This document shows, in pieces, positions 16,656-26,294 of a stretch of 64,000 nucleotides of DNA (the first letter of the stretch is position 1; every line of letters starts with the position of its first letter). Source of the DNA: a virus. Lineage: Duplodnaviria > Caudoviricetes. A model generated the notes under the pieces. That model had not been told where the DNA came from. It saw only the letters and a list, made by a program, of their open reading frames with translations, and searched no databases. A program made the position numbers and the translations under genes. The stretch lies in the IMG/VR virus record IMGVR_UViG_3300027809_000006, positions 4,411 to 68,410 of that record; one strand, written 5' to 3'.

Positions 16656-17333
16656 ATGGTTCAACATGCAGCAGTATCTACTACTTGCACGGCTTCTCAT
16701 ATTATCAATTGGGACATTCCTAATCTGAAGGCTGACAATCAGAAACTTCAGGTAAATGCCAGACTGTCAACTGTAGATTCTTTGATCAATCAGGGCTTCA
16801 AGCGTGACTTTGCTTTATTGTTCATCACAGTGACGGACAATCAGATGAAGCGTGGTGGACTGGATGAGTTCCTTCCTAAGTGTGGCTTTGAGCTTGCCTA
16901 TAAGGGTGAGAAGTTTGACGAAAATAAGGGTGAAGGTACACTCCATCGTCATAAAGAAACAGGTGATATTTACCTGTGGGCAACTTCTCCTAAGACCTAT
17001 CAGGAAGCTCTTGTGGCTTACAAGAAGGAACTCACGGAGTTGAAGGACAAGATCGATCCTCCGAAGAAGCCTGATCCGAAGCGTCAAGCCCTTCCCCGTC
17101 TTTTGTTGTCTGCCCTCCGTAAGAAGGGTTTTGTTGTTGACAACGCAAGTGTGGATAATCCACTGCATCAGGTTCTTACTGCTGGCAGTGAAACCAAGTT
17201 GGCCCGCTTCCTTACAGTTGAGTACGGCTGGGACCCACGCTCTATGGAGAAAACGTGGGGTGTCGCATGGACACAGAAAACCACTCGTGCTTTGAAGGAA
17301 GCTCACGAGGCATGGAAAAATGAGCTTATCTGA
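16656..17333 (+). CDS. Hypothetical protein
   Basis: 225 aa, AAAGGA SD, host-like codon use; no family recognised. Confidence 0.8.
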   Translation: MVQHAAVSTTCTASHIINWDIPNLKADNQKLQVNARLSTVDSLINQGFKRDFALLFITVTDNQMKRGGLDEFLPKCGFELAYKGEKFDENKGEGTLHRHKETGDIYLWATSPKTYQEALVAYKKELTELKDKIDPPKKPDPKRQALPRLLLSALRKKGFVVDNASVDNPLHQVLTAGSETKLARFLTVEYGWDPRSMEKTWGVAWTQKTTRALKEAHEAWKNELI

Positions 17334-17622
17334 TCCGTCATGGGAAATTGTTAATGGGAAGGACCTCCAGATAGGTGATGAGCTTATAGGGAAGTTCTTC
17401 CCTTGGGGTATAGACAAATTCTCTGTCCCTTGGATAGTTAAATCCTTACCTACTTTGACTACTCTATTTACTGAACCTCGTTGGAGAATTAGTATGAGAA
17501 ATTCAGAGTCAGGTAGTTTATTTCCTAGTTTCTCATATACCCTTGATCAACAGTTTGTCCGTAAGCTTAAAGAGTTGAAGTACGATCCAATGCAGCAGGG
17601 AGATACTGATGAAGACATTTGA
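17320..17622 (+). CDS. YDPxQQGD-tail family protein 5
   Basis: DLQIGDELIG; ends LKYDPMQQGDTDEDI*. Confidence 0.85.
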   Translation: MSLSDPSWEIVNGKDLQIGDELIGKFFPWGIDKFSVPWIVKSLPTLTTLFTEPRWRISMRNSESGSLFPSFSYTLDQQFVRKLKELKYDPMQQGDTDEDI

Positions 17623-17887
17623 AAGGATAACCCCTGATCAAATAAAAGTCGGTGATCGTATTTGTTCTAATTTGTGGGTCCCTAATGGTGGAGATAAACC
17701 ACCACCTCAACATACTCTTTTTTGGAAAGTAGTTAAGGTAGATGATTTACAGGTTTATATTACAGGTAATGGAATTGTTACTCCTGTTCACTACACAAAA
17801 GCTCAACACTCATGGTGGCGAGAAGACCTTTACCCACAACTAAAATATGATCCTATGCAACAAGGCGACAAGGACGAAGATGTCTAA
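17609..17887 (+). CDS. YDPxQQGD-tail family protein 6
   Basis: QIKVGDRIC; ends LKYDPMQQGDKDEDV*; its start codon lies inside the tail of protein 5. Confidence 0.85.
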   Translation: MKTFERITPDQIKVGDRICSNLWVPNGGDKPPPQHTLFWKVVKVDDLQVYITGNGIVTPVHYTKAQHSWWREDLYPQLKYDPMQQGDKDEDV

Positions 17888-18488
17888 ATCAGTTTATGTA
17901 GTGGGTGAAGACAAACCGGTATCCCGTATGTTCTTCGAACGTCACTACGCTATTATTAATGACCTCGAAAAGGCAGACATTATTTGTTGGATTGGTGGCG
18001 CGGATATCAATCCCGCCTTGTACGATCAGGATATTAATGAAGAGGTTGTCAAACAAATTAACAATAAACATGATGAACGTGATTTAAAGGCTTGGCAAGA
18101 TAGTCGTCCTGATCAGTTCCTTGTGGGTATCTGCCGTGGTGGACAGTTCCTTAATGTAATGAATGGTGGTTCCCTTTATCAGCATGTCAGTGGACATAAC
18201 ACTCCCCATGATATTCATGATACTCTATTTGGTGAAGAGGTAAGGGTTAGTTCTTCCCATCACCAATTGATGATCCCTACAAAAGATGCTGAAACCATCG
18301 CTTATATTGAGGATCATGGTTGGAATTTCACTGGTGAAAGGGGATTTGAAGCTCGTCCTAAAATTGAATCAGAGGTTCTCTGGTACGACCACTCACGGTC
18401 TTTGTGTTTCCAAGGACACCCCGAATGGTATTCCCCTGCCAGTACGCAGGATTATTTCTTTAGAGTTCTGGAGAAACTTTATGGTTGA
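17880..18488 (+). CDS. Class I glutamine amidotransferase / peptidase C26-like
   Basis: GGADINP, nucleophile elbow GICRGGQ, SSHHQ, FQGHPE (Cys-His-Glu triad); ATG 17880. Confidence 0.9.
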   Translation: MSKSVYVVGEDKPVSRMFFERHYAIINDLEKADIICWIGGADINPALYDQDINEEVVKQINNKHDERDLKAWQDSRPDQFLVGICRGGQFLNVMNGGSLYQHVSGHNTPHDIHDTLFGEEVRVSSSHHQLMIPTKDAETIAYIEDHGWNFTGERGFEARPKIESEVLWYDHSRSLCFQGHPEWYSPASTQDYFFRVLEKLYG

Positions 18489-19389
18489 TTACAAGAATGT
18501 ATGGAACGGTCGTCGTCATGCTTATATCTTTGCTACGGATGATGGTGTCATCCACGAACGTCTCGCCCTCCCGTGCTACGGAGAGTTGCGGAAATACGAA
18601 AGTACTCATACTGGTGACTGCACTCAGCCCTTAGATGGCAAGCCGGGTGATCTTCATTACCCCTTCCCTAAGCAAGGTAATCCGGTAGGTGTTATCTTCC
18701 CTTTCAATAATGATTGTGGAATGCAACACAACGATGGCAGTAAAACCGACATTATGTTCAAAGGGTTCTTTGGTGCTGAAAGCCCATGGCTCGGAAGAAT
18801 GGAAACTAATCGTACATTCCATCTTCTCAATGGTCGTATTCAGGGAGTTGAGTTCAAAGATGCTAACTTTGACCCTACGGTTATTGTTAACTTGTGTAAA
18901 TGTTTTCGCACTAACCTTGCTCGTGCAGGGGAATACGTAAAGCTTCTTGAAAATGGTCTGAATGTGAAGGAAGCTATTGCTGCTATCCTTCTTCATGGTG
19001 GTCGTATCGAGGCTGGTCTTTCTCAGCCGGGTGGGTACACTGTTGCTCACAACCTTTCCCTCAAGCGTCTATTTGCCGCACAACCTAATGATCATACTGG
19101 TGGTCTTTTCAAAGATCGTATCGATTATAATAGAAAGAGGATGCAGGATGTTTTCCAATACGATGAGACGCCTGTTGAGGGCTACGGATGGTTCTACAAA
19201 GGAATGCAAAAAGCTGGCTCTCCTGTATACCGGGGGCAAGCTATCGAAAACTTCAGCTACAAACGTTTTACTGACCGGGTGCAGCAAGTCTTCGCAGATC
19301 GCATCAAGCAGGAAAAGGACCCTGTACACGTTTCATACATCTGGACAACCACGAAGGGTGTAACCAATGATACCGTTAAAAGTAGGTGA
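18481..19389 (+). CDS. Hypothetical protein within the ligase cluster
   Basis: ATG 18481 (MVDYKNVWNGRRH) overlapping the previous stop; about 302 aa. Confidence 0.75.
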   Translation: MVDYKNVWNGRRHAYIFATDDGVIHERLALPCYGELRKYESTHTGDCTQPLDGKPGDLHYPFPKQGNPVGVIFPFNNDCGMQHNDGSKTDIMFKGFFGAESPWLGRMETNRTFHLLNGRIQGVEFKDANFDPTVIVNLCKCFRTNLARAGEYVKLLENGLNVKEAIAAILLHGGRIEAGLSQPGGYTVAHNLSLKRLFAAQPNDHTGGLFKDRIDYNRKRMQDVFQYDETPVEGYGWFYKGMQKAGSPVYRGQAIENFSYKRFTDRVQQVFADRIKQEKDPVHVSYIWTTTKGVTNDTVKSR

Positions 19390-19609
19390 CAGAGTAGAAG
19401 TCATATCCAGTGATATAGGACACAGAGAATTTATTGGTAAAATTGGTACTGTAATTAAGTGTAAAAATGGTAGTGGTTTTGACGATCTTTCTGCTGTTGA
19501 AATGGATAGTGGAGAAACGATTGTTATGTTTACTTACCGTTTTAAACCTATTGTGACTGAACTTAAGTACGACCCTTCACAACAAGGGGACAAAGATGAC
19601 GACATTTAG
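19367..19609 (+). CDS. YDPxQQGD-tail family protein 7 (KOW/SH3-like)
   Basis: LKVGDRVEVI...GKIGTVI; ends LKYDPSQQGDKDDDI*. Confidence 0.88.
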   Translation: MIPLKVGDRVEVISSDIGHREFIGKIGTVIKCKNGSGFDDLSAVEMDSGETIVMFTYRFKPIVTELKYDPSQQGDKDDDI

Positions 19610-19853
19610 TGTTGGTGATCGTGTAAGATATGAATATTACAATCGTCCTAATCATAGGTGGAATGGTATGATTGGTACAGTTACAGGATTTAGAGGTAGT
19701 AATGTAACTGTAAGTTGGGATAAAGGTTCTCGTTTATTAGATGAATCTCCTGATGAAGATTTCTTTTGTCACGTTCCTTGTAATCTTACAATATTAAACC
19801 TTGAATTAAAATATGATCCCACCCAACAGGGTGACAGAGAGGAAGATATCTAA
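19596..19853 (+). CDS. YDPxQQGD-tail family protein 8 (KOW/SH3-like)
   Basis: FSVGDRVRY...GMIGTVTG...VTVSWD; ends LKYDPTQQGDREEDI*. Confidence 0.88.
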   Translation: MTTFSVGDRVRYEYYNRPNHRWNGMIGTVTGFRGSNVTVSWDKGSRLLDESPDEDFFCHVPCNLTILNLELKYDPTQQGDREEDI

Positions 19854-20960
19854 ATGTGTGGACTTTTTGGAGTGGCCGGTCCCGGCTTACAGATGCCTGA
19901 CCTCAAAATCCTTAAGGACTTGGGGACAGTAAGTATGCTTCGTGGTACGGATGGTGCTGGTATTTTCCAAATCCGTTCCAATAGCAAGCATTACTCTCAG
20001 GAAGAAGGTTACAAAACTTGGGGTAACTGGATTGACCTTATGGGTGATGTGGAACGGAAGAAGTCTTCTCGTCTTATTCATTCAGTTAGTGTCGATGTGG
20101 TTATGTGTCATGTCCGTGCTGCCACTCGTGGTGCACTTAGGGATGAAAACTCTCATCCGTTTGCTTTTTCAAATCTGGTAGGTGCACACAATGGCACTCT
20201 CAAGGATAAGCGATATGAACATGTCTCAAAGACTGACAGTGAGCTTATGTTTGCTGATATCAACAATCGTGGTATGGAAGCAGTCCTTACTGAACTCGAC
20301 AAAGACTCTGCGTTTGCAGTCTCTGTGTTTGATCGTAAGCGTCAGGTGCTACGGTTTGCCCGTAACGAATTGCGTCCTCTTGCTTTTGCTTTTCTTAAAG
20401 ACCGTGGTGTAATGTATTGGGCATCCGAAAAGGATATGCTCAAGTATGTTCTCTATCGTGCTGGTGAAGAAGCATTATTTTTTAACCTTCGGGCAAATAA
20501 GATTGTTTCACTTAATCCTGAAATGATTACCAAAAAGAATATTGAGGATGGCCCATTGGTTAAAATCCTTAAGTGTGATGCTGAATTGGATCGTCCCCTT
20601 CCTACAACTTATCAACGAATTGAAGATGCTCGTAAGGCACGAGAAGAAGCAGAAGCTAAAAAAGCTGCTGGTGTTGAACCAACAGAAACTAACACTACTC
20701 AGATAACTACACAACAGATGAGTAATGTTGTTCCTTTTGTTCCTAACAAGGAGGATAAGGAAACAAAAAAGGTTGGTTCAACAACACGATTCTCGGTGGA
20801 GAGTCAGTATCGGAAATGTTCTTGCGGTGGCAGGACACTCGATCTTCTAGCACAAAGTCTGGCCAAGAGGGGGAAACACACTAAGTTTACATACAACTCT
20901 GATACTAATGTTTTCCGTTGTGATGGATGCCCAACAGATGCCAATGTTCAAACAGGGTGA
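19854..20960 (+). CDS. Class II (Ntn) glutamine amidotransferase
   Basis: N-terminal MCG nucleophile, RGTDGAG, HVRAAT, HPF, AHNGT, TDSE. Confidence 0.92.
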   Translation: MCGLFGVAGPGLQMPDLKILKDLGTVSMLRGTDGAGIFQIRSNSKHYSQEEGYKTWGNWIDLMGDVERKKSSRLIHSVSVDVVMCHVRAATRGALRDENSHPFAFSNLVGAHNGTLKDKRYEHVSKTDSELMFADINNRGMEAVLTELDKDSAFAVSVFDRKRQVLRFARNELRPLAFAFLKDRGVMYWASEKDMLKYVLYRAGEEALFFNLRANKIVSLNPEMITKKNIEDGPLVKILKCDAELDRPLPTTYQRIEDARKAREEAEAKKAAGVEPTETNTTQITTQQMSNVVPFVPNKEDKETKKVGSTTRFSVESQYRKCSCGGRTLDLLAQSLAKRGKHTKFTYNSDTNVFRCDGCPTDANVQTG

Positions 20961-21186
20961 TCGTATTTGGTCCATCATTAACGGTCGCCGAGAAGAAGCA
21001 ACCGTTGATCGTGTTTCAGATGACCGATTACACAGAGGTCGTACAGTTGTATGGGCTTATTGGGATAGTGATCAAAAACAAGGTAAAGATCGTGTAGGTC
21101 CATATTATACTGATATAGAAAGTTGTTATCATATAGAACTTCAATATGATCCCACCCAACAGGGTGATAGGGATGAAGACATTTAG
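20938..21186 (+). CDS. YDPxQQGD-tail family protein 9 (SH3-like); start approximate
   Basis: MFKQGDRIWS...VVWAYWD; ends LQYDPTQQGDRDEDI*. Confidence 0.85.
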   Translation: MPMFKQGDRIWSIINGRREEATVDRVSDDRLHRGRTVVWAYWDSDQKQGKDRVGPYYTDIESCYHIELQYDPTQQGDRDEDI

Positions 21187-21196
21187 GAGATAAAAG

Positions 21197-21973
21197 ATGT
21201 CTATTACTGCAATGTTCTGCTACAATCAGGCTTCGGAAGGTGGTAGCAATCTGGCTGACGCACTTGGTATCCGCCGCATCAAGCACGGTAACTCCAAGTT
21301 TGTTCCTTCTGCTTCGAAGACTATCCTTAATTGGGGTGCTTCTTCTGAACGGTTCCCGGCTGCATATCGTGTGTGCAATATTCTGAACCACCCGGATCGG
21401 ATTGACACTGCCTGCAACAAAACTCGATCATTCCAAGCTTTTCAGGCAGCGGGTGTGTCCATTCCTGAGTTCACCACAGATCGTGCAACAGCTGTTCAGT
21501 GGCTGGAAGCTGGTAATATGGTGTTTGCTCGTACCCAACTGACGGCACATAGTGGTCGTGGTATTGAGATCATGGATCCCCACCATCCTGAGACATGGGA
21601 AGTGACTGCCCCTCTGTATGTCAAGTACATCCCCAAGAAGGATGAATATCGCATCCATGTATTCCGTGGTAATGTGATTGATGTACAGCGGAAAGGTCTT
21701 CGTGCTGAACTTCAGGGTACTGAAGGTGTAAACTTCAAGGTACGTAACCTTGCCAATGGCTTTGTTTATGTTCGTAATGATGGTCGTCAGACACCTGCTC
21801 GTGTACTTGAAGTAGGTCGTGCTGCTGTGGCTGCCCTTCAGTTGGACTTTGGTGCTGCTGACATCATCTATAATGAACGTAATAACCAAGCCTTTGCACT
21901 TGAGGTTAATTGTGCACCCGGCTTGACTGGCACTACTGTTGACAATTATGCACAGGCACTTTCACAGGTGTAG
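21197..21973 (+). CDS. ATP-grasp peptide ligase (RimK-like, phage type)
   Basis: ILNWG, CNKTRSF, HSGRGI, YVKYIPKKDEYRIHV, LDFGAADII, LEVNCAPG. Confidence 0.92.
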   Translation: MSITAMFCYNQASEGGSNLADALGIRRIKHGNSKFVPSASKTILNWGASSERFPAAYRVCNILNHPDRIDTACNKTRSFQAFQAAGVSIPEFTTDRATAVQWLEAGNMVFARTQLTAHSGRGIEIMDPHHPETWEVTAPLYVKYIPKKDEYRIHVFRGNVIDVQRKGLRAELQGTEGVNFKVRNLANGFVYVRNDGRQTPARVLEVGRAAVAALQLDFGAADIIYNERNNQAFALEVNCAPGLTGTTVDNYAQALSQV

Positions 21974-21974
21974 T

Positions 21975-22214
21975 ATGTTTAAGGTAGGTGATGAAGTAAT
22001 TGCTGATGCTAGTTTCGGAAGGACTATTAGTTGTCATATAACAAATATAACCAATAGTGATACAGTAATTTGGGGAACTTGGTATTGGGACAATGATCCT
22101 GCAAGGGTAAATCCAACCTATGGTTTCATGAATGCATGTGATTGTCAATTAGTAAGTGCAATTGAATTAAAATATGACCCCTTACAACAAGGGGATAAAG
22201 ATGAGGATATTTGA
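21975..22214 (+). CDS. YDPxQQGD-tail family protein 10 (SH3-like)
   Basis: ATG 21975; MFKVGDEVIA...VIWGTWYWD; ends LKYDPLQQGDKDEDI*. Confidence 0.88.
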   Translation: MFKVGDEVIADASFGRTISCHITNITNSDTVIWGTWYWDNDPARVNPTYGFMNACDCQLVSAIELKYDPLQQGDKDEDI

Positions 22215-22216
22215 GA

Positions 22217-22846
22217 ATGCGCCAGAAGTATAAGGGCGAGGACATTCGTGCTCGTCTTCATGGTACTATCCTTCGATACAAGGGTGTACCTTACCTTGCA
22301 GACGTTGATGCAGGGGGTATGGTCGGTATGATTGACATCTGCACGGGCAATTTGATTACTCGTGTATATGGTGATGATGAAGGTATTGACATTAGTTCGA
22401 TTAATATTGGTTTTGTCAATGTCATTGATCCTGACTATAAAACTGCTGTTTATCTTAAGCGGGAACCCCTCCGTCGATTTAAGCAGCCGTTGGAAATTGA
22501 CTTCCTTACTCAGAAGCCACTCCGTCAGGGTATGACCTCCATCCCTAAAAATAAGATTATGGCTGCTGGTTTTGTTGACGCAGTGTTGGGTAAGTTTCCT
22601 CCATTGGAAGAAGCTATCAACTTAATCACAAAAAGAGGTTGGCACTCTGTTGCTCTCTCTCGTGATGTGGCAATCAAGCGGGAAAGTGATTCCCTCAAGG
22701 TTTACTTGAAGGATACTGAGGTTGGCTTTATGAAGATTGGTGATAAGGATCGTAAGCTCATTGTCCCCACGTCTGATGTAAGTTATTATCACTGCACCTA
22801 TTTGAATGACCTTAAAGGTTGGACTGTCATCGAAGGTATTAAATAA
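22217..22846 (+). CDS. Hypothetical protein within the ligase cluster
   Basis: DIRARLHGTILRY...INIGFVN...VALSRDVAI; ATG 22217 after GAGGA. Confidence 0.75.
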   Translation: MRQKYKGEDIRARLHGTILRYKGVPYLADVDAGGMVGMIDICTGNLITRVYGDDEGIDISSINIGFVNVIDPDYKTAVYLKREPLRRFKQPLEIDFLTQKPLRQGMTSIPKNKIMAAGFVDAVLGKFPPLEEAINLITKRGWHSVALSRDVAIKRESDSLKVYLKDTEVGFMKIGDKDRKLIVPTSDVSYYHCTYLNDLKGWTVIEGIK

Positions 22847-23889
22847 TGACACAGCTTGCAACGTTTTATGACATCTTTCGTCAACTCAAGGTATACGGTG
22901 GAGACCGTGTCCGTGGGGATTATGGTGTTGAGATTGAAACTGAAACGGAAAAGAAATATGAGTATCCCAACCTTAAGTATTGGGGTGCCACAAAAGATAA
23001 TAGCCTTCGTGATTGGGGGGTAGAGTATGTTCTAAGGTCTCCTATGTCCATTCCTGAGCTGGAAAAAGCTCTTGTGGAATTTGATATTTGTGAGAAGAAG
23101 TACAAATTTAAGAAGGGTTCTATTTCTACCAGTGTGCATGTCCATGTCAATATGCTTAATGAAACTCCCCTGACATTGGCGAACTTCCTTACAACATATG
23201 CACTGATGGAAAATCTTCTTATCCGTTATAGTGGACCTGATCGTCTATCCAATTTGTTTTGTCTCCCCATTTGTGATGCAGAAGGTGTGAATACAAACTT
23301 GGTGAACATTCTTTCGAGTATAAATCGGAACCAATATACCAAGCTTCGTATTAGTGTGGATAAGTGCAAGTATGGAGCATTGAATCCTGCTACTTTGACT
23401 ACACTTGGTACGGTGGAAATCCGTTCATTCCGTGGTGAGACTGACACAAAAGTTATTCAGAAGTGGCTTGAAATCATTGACAAGATGAAGCAATTCGCTC
23501 GTCAATCTAAGCTTACCCCTCCTGATATCCTTAAGTTGTGGAAAGACAATCGTTCCACCTTGGTCAATATTATTTTCCAAGAGTATGCTGCTGAACTTCG
23601 TTATCGTGATCCTTTAACCAAGAAGGATATCACTGATGACCTTATTCGGCAGAATCTTAAGTATGCAGCAGACTTGGCTTGTGTCTCCAAAGATTGGACT
23701 AAGTTTGGTGTGTATCGTATCAAGCCGGTTTATAAAGAAAAGATCAAGGGTGCACTAGAAGAACTTTCCAATACCTACTTCAAGGTTCCATGGGATAGTC
23801 TGCCTTACCATGAACGTCTCGTTGTCATTGAAAAGTATCACCTTCTGAACCCTAACGTTCGTGTGGTGGATGCTGATGGTGATATTTGA
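22846..23889 (+). CDS. Putative amidoligase (glutamine synthetase-fold COOH-NH2 ligase)
   Basis: YGVEIETE, DNSLR..GVEYV, TSVHVHVN, TVEIRSFRG motifs. Confidence 0.88.
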   Translation: MTQLATFYDIFRQLKVYGGDRVRGDYGVEIETETEKKYEYPNLKYWGATKDNSLRDWGVEYVLRSPMSIPELEKALVEFDICEKKYKFKKGSISTSVHVHVNMLNETPLTLANFLTTYALMENLLIRYSGPDRLSNLFCLPICDAEGVNTNLVNILSSINRNQYTKLRISVDKCKYGALNPATLTTLGTVEIRSFRGETDTKVIQKWLEIIDKMKQFARQSKLTPPDILKLWKDNRSTLVNIIFQEYAAELRYRDPLTKKDITDDLIRQNLKYAADLACVSKDWTKFGVYRIKPVYKEKIKGALEELSNTYFKVPWDSLPYHERLVVIEKYHLLNPNVRVVDADGDI

Positions 23890-24172
23890 TTTAGGCACCA
23901 GAGTACGTCTTAAATGTGATAGTACACAAGGTGGTGATTACCCCGGTGAATATGGTTTGAAAGATCAAACCGGGGAAATTGTCAGTGCATTTGATACTTC
24001 TGATGGCACATACTTAGTACAATTTGATGAACCTGTCCCTTATAATACTGCGAATGAATGGGATGATGAAGATCAAAGTTGGTGGTGCAAAGTAGAAGAA
24101 CTTGAATTTGAAACACTCCCAATGTTAACATACGACCCTAATCAACAGGGCGATAAGGAAGAAGATATTTAA
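23876..24172 (+). CDS. YDPxQQGD-tail family protein 11 (SH3-like); start approximate
   Basis: IFDLGTRVRL...QTGEIV...YLVQFDE...WWCKVEELE; ends LTYDPNQQGDKEEDI*. Confidence 0.88.
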   Translation: MVIFDLGTRVRLKCDSTQGGDYPGEYGLKDQTGEIVSAFDTSDGTYLVQFDEPVPYNTANEWDDEDQSWWCKVEELEFETLPMLTYDPNQQGDKEEDI

Positions 24173-24173
24173 A

Positions 24174-24890
24174 ATGGCTACAATTCGTATTGGTGCAGAC
24201 CCCGAGGGTTTTATTGTAAATCCGGCTGGTGATTTTATTCCAGCCTTTGGTTTTGTGCCGGGTGACAAACAGAACCCCTTCAAGTTGGATGGTGGTGCTG
24301 TACAGGTGGATGGACTGGCAGTTGAGTTCAACATCGATCCTGTCACTAATGAGGATGACTTCAACAAAAATATTGTTAAGGTTGTTGCTCAGATTGACGA
24401 AATGGTTAAACAGGTCGATAAAGACTTGGACCTCCGTTGGACCCCTGTGGCCCGGTTCCGTCAGGCACAGTGGGATATGTCTCCTGAACAGCAGAAGATT
24501 CTTGGTTGTGATCCTGACTACAATATCAGGGGTGATGTTAATCCTAATCCTTCTGAGAAGTTGGAGAATGAACCTCTCCGTACTGCTGCTGGTCATATCC
24601 ACATTGGTTGGTTGGACAATCTGATTGAAGATGTCAATGATAATGCACACTTCCAGTTCTGCCTTGAAATTGCTCAGGGATTCTATGATGGTCGTCTTTC
24701 CACATATGTACCACACACACAGGAAGAGAGTGAACGGTTGTCCTATTATGGTCATTCCGGTGCATGGCGTCCGAAGAAGTATGGTGTAGAACTTCGTGCA
24801 CCTTCCAATCTGTGGGTCCGTTCGGAAGCTTCGCGTAAGTTGATCTTCAACGAGACAAGGAAACATTTCAATGAGCTTACAGGTCTTTAA
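24174..24890 (+). CDS. phiEco32-like COOH-NH2 ligase type 2
   Basis: IGADPEGF, DGLAVEFNI, GCDPDYN, LRTAAGHIHIG, RPKKYGVELRAPSN. Confidence 0.92.
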   Translation: MATIRIGADPEGFIVNPAGDFIPAFGFVPGDKQNPFKLDGGAVQVDGLAVEFNIDPVTNEDDFNKNIVKVVAQIDEMVKQVDKDLDLRWTPVARFRQAQWDMSPEQQKILGCDPDYNIRGDVNPNPSEKLENEPLRTAAGHIHIGWLDNLIEDVNDNAHFQFCLEIAQGFYDGRLSTYVPHTQEESERLSYYGHSGAWRPKKYGVELRAPSNLWVRSEASRKLIFNETRKHFNELTGL

Positions 24891-25146
24891 CACTTGGGAT
24901 GAAATCAATATCGGGGATGAGATATCATGGGGTGATGGTAAAAGTCATCAACTTAAAGTGACAGGAGTACCAAAGGGAGGTAGATCATTACTTACAGGTA
25001 TTCATAAGAAGGGTAAGTTTGGAGAAAACCCCGGTTGGTCTACTATTATAGCTGGTGATCTTGATAGTCTACTAGGTTGGAAAAAGATTATCACGGAACT
25101 AAAATATGATCCTATGCAACAAGGCGACAAGGACGAAGATATCTAA
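24871..25146 (+). CDS. YDPxQQGD-tail family protein 12
   Basis: INIGDEISW; ends LKYDPMQQGDKDEDI*. Confidence 0.85.
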   Translation: MSLQVFNTWDEINIGDEISWGDGKSHQLKVTGVPKGGRSLLTGIHKKGKFGENPGWSTIIAGDLDSLLGWKKIITELKYDPMQQGDKDEDI

Positions 25147-26294
25147 TGTGTGTTATCATTACACTGGCCGCAGGAGCGACTATTAATAAACTCCAATTGT
25201 TTAATGCAGTTTATAACAACTGGCATGGCTTTGGATTGATCCTTCGAGATGGCAACAATAAGATTGAGCTTATCAAAGAGTTCAGTCCTGAAGGTACTGA
25301 CCCGGAGAGAGTATGGAAGCTTCTTGAAGATAATAAGGATTGCATTCGTTATCTTCACGTCCGTCACTCTACTAAGGGTGCACAGGATGAGACGAATGTT
25401 CAGCCCTTTGAAGTTTACAACTCGTCATCACGGCAAGTGTTCTTCATGCATAATGGTACACTGACTGGCTTTGGTGCTGTCACTACCTATGGTAATCAGA
25501 ACCCAACTGGTAAGTCTGATACTCTTGACTTCTGTGAAAAGATTCTTCAACCGGCTCTCCTTCGTTGGTCTGGTGAAAATGGTAAGGCTGACTATACAGA
25601 CGATTTATTCTGGAAATTGGTTTGTGACAAACAGTGGACATATAACTCCACAGGTCTGTTTGTTTCCAACGATTTAGATATGAAGCGCGTCGGTAACGGT
25701 TGGTCTCTTTATAAGCATCCTGATGATAGTAGTGAAGGTGAAGTATGGACCTCCAACACTTCCTATTATGATAAGGTTCAGCGTGGACCAATGTTTCAAA
25801 AGTTGGAAACAGAACGCAAGGCACGAGAAGAAGCAGCAGCGGCACAAAAAGCAGCGGAAAACAAGAAGGAGGTAAACAGCGGCGGTTCTTCTGCACTTTA
25901 CGAAGACCTGAACGATGATATTCCCTTTCTTGGAGGCCATGGACACGGGTTTACTCTGGGCAACTCCGATGGTGTCAAGGAATGGGCGAACTCGAACTGT
26001 AATAAAAGCACCAAAGTACTCAATGCTATCCGAGATACTATCGATAGTTGGGATTTGGACGATCCTGATAACCTTGCTCGCCTTTGCAACGTTACATATG
26101 ATGAATGGGTAGCTGTTGTAGAAGCTGAGAATGAGTTCACTATCGCTGCTCTCCTTGAACATCTGTCGGATGAATTCCACAAGCTCAACCTTCGTAAGCG
26201 TCTTCTCGAAAAGAAGAACGACCGTCAGGAAGCTCGTATCCGTGAGTTCAATATCACAAAGAAGAATGAAGAGAATGTCTCAAAGGTTGCTTAA
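25146..26294 (+). CDS. Second class II (Ntn) glutamine amidotransferase
   Basis: N-terminal MCVII, NWHGFG, HVRHST, QPF, MHNGTL, SDT. Confidence 0.88.
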   Translation: MCVIITLAAGATINKLQLFNAVYNNWHGFGLILRDGNNKIELIKEFSPEGTDPERVWKLLEDNKDCIRYLHVRHSTKGAQDETNVQPFEVYNSSSRQVFFMHNGTLTGFGAVTTYGNQNPTGKSDTLDFCEKILQPALLRWSGENGKADYTDDLFWKLVCDKQWTYNSTGLFVSNDLDMKRVGNGWSLYKHPDDSSEGEVWTSNTSYYDKVQRGPMFQKLETERKAREEAAAAQKAAENKKEVNSGGSSALYEDLNDDIPFLGGHGHGFTLGNSDGVKEWANSNCNKSTKVLNAIRDTIDSWDLDDPDNLARLCNVTYDEWVAVVEAENEFTIAALLEHLSDEFHKLNLRKRLLEKKNDRQEARIREFNITKKNEENVSKVA

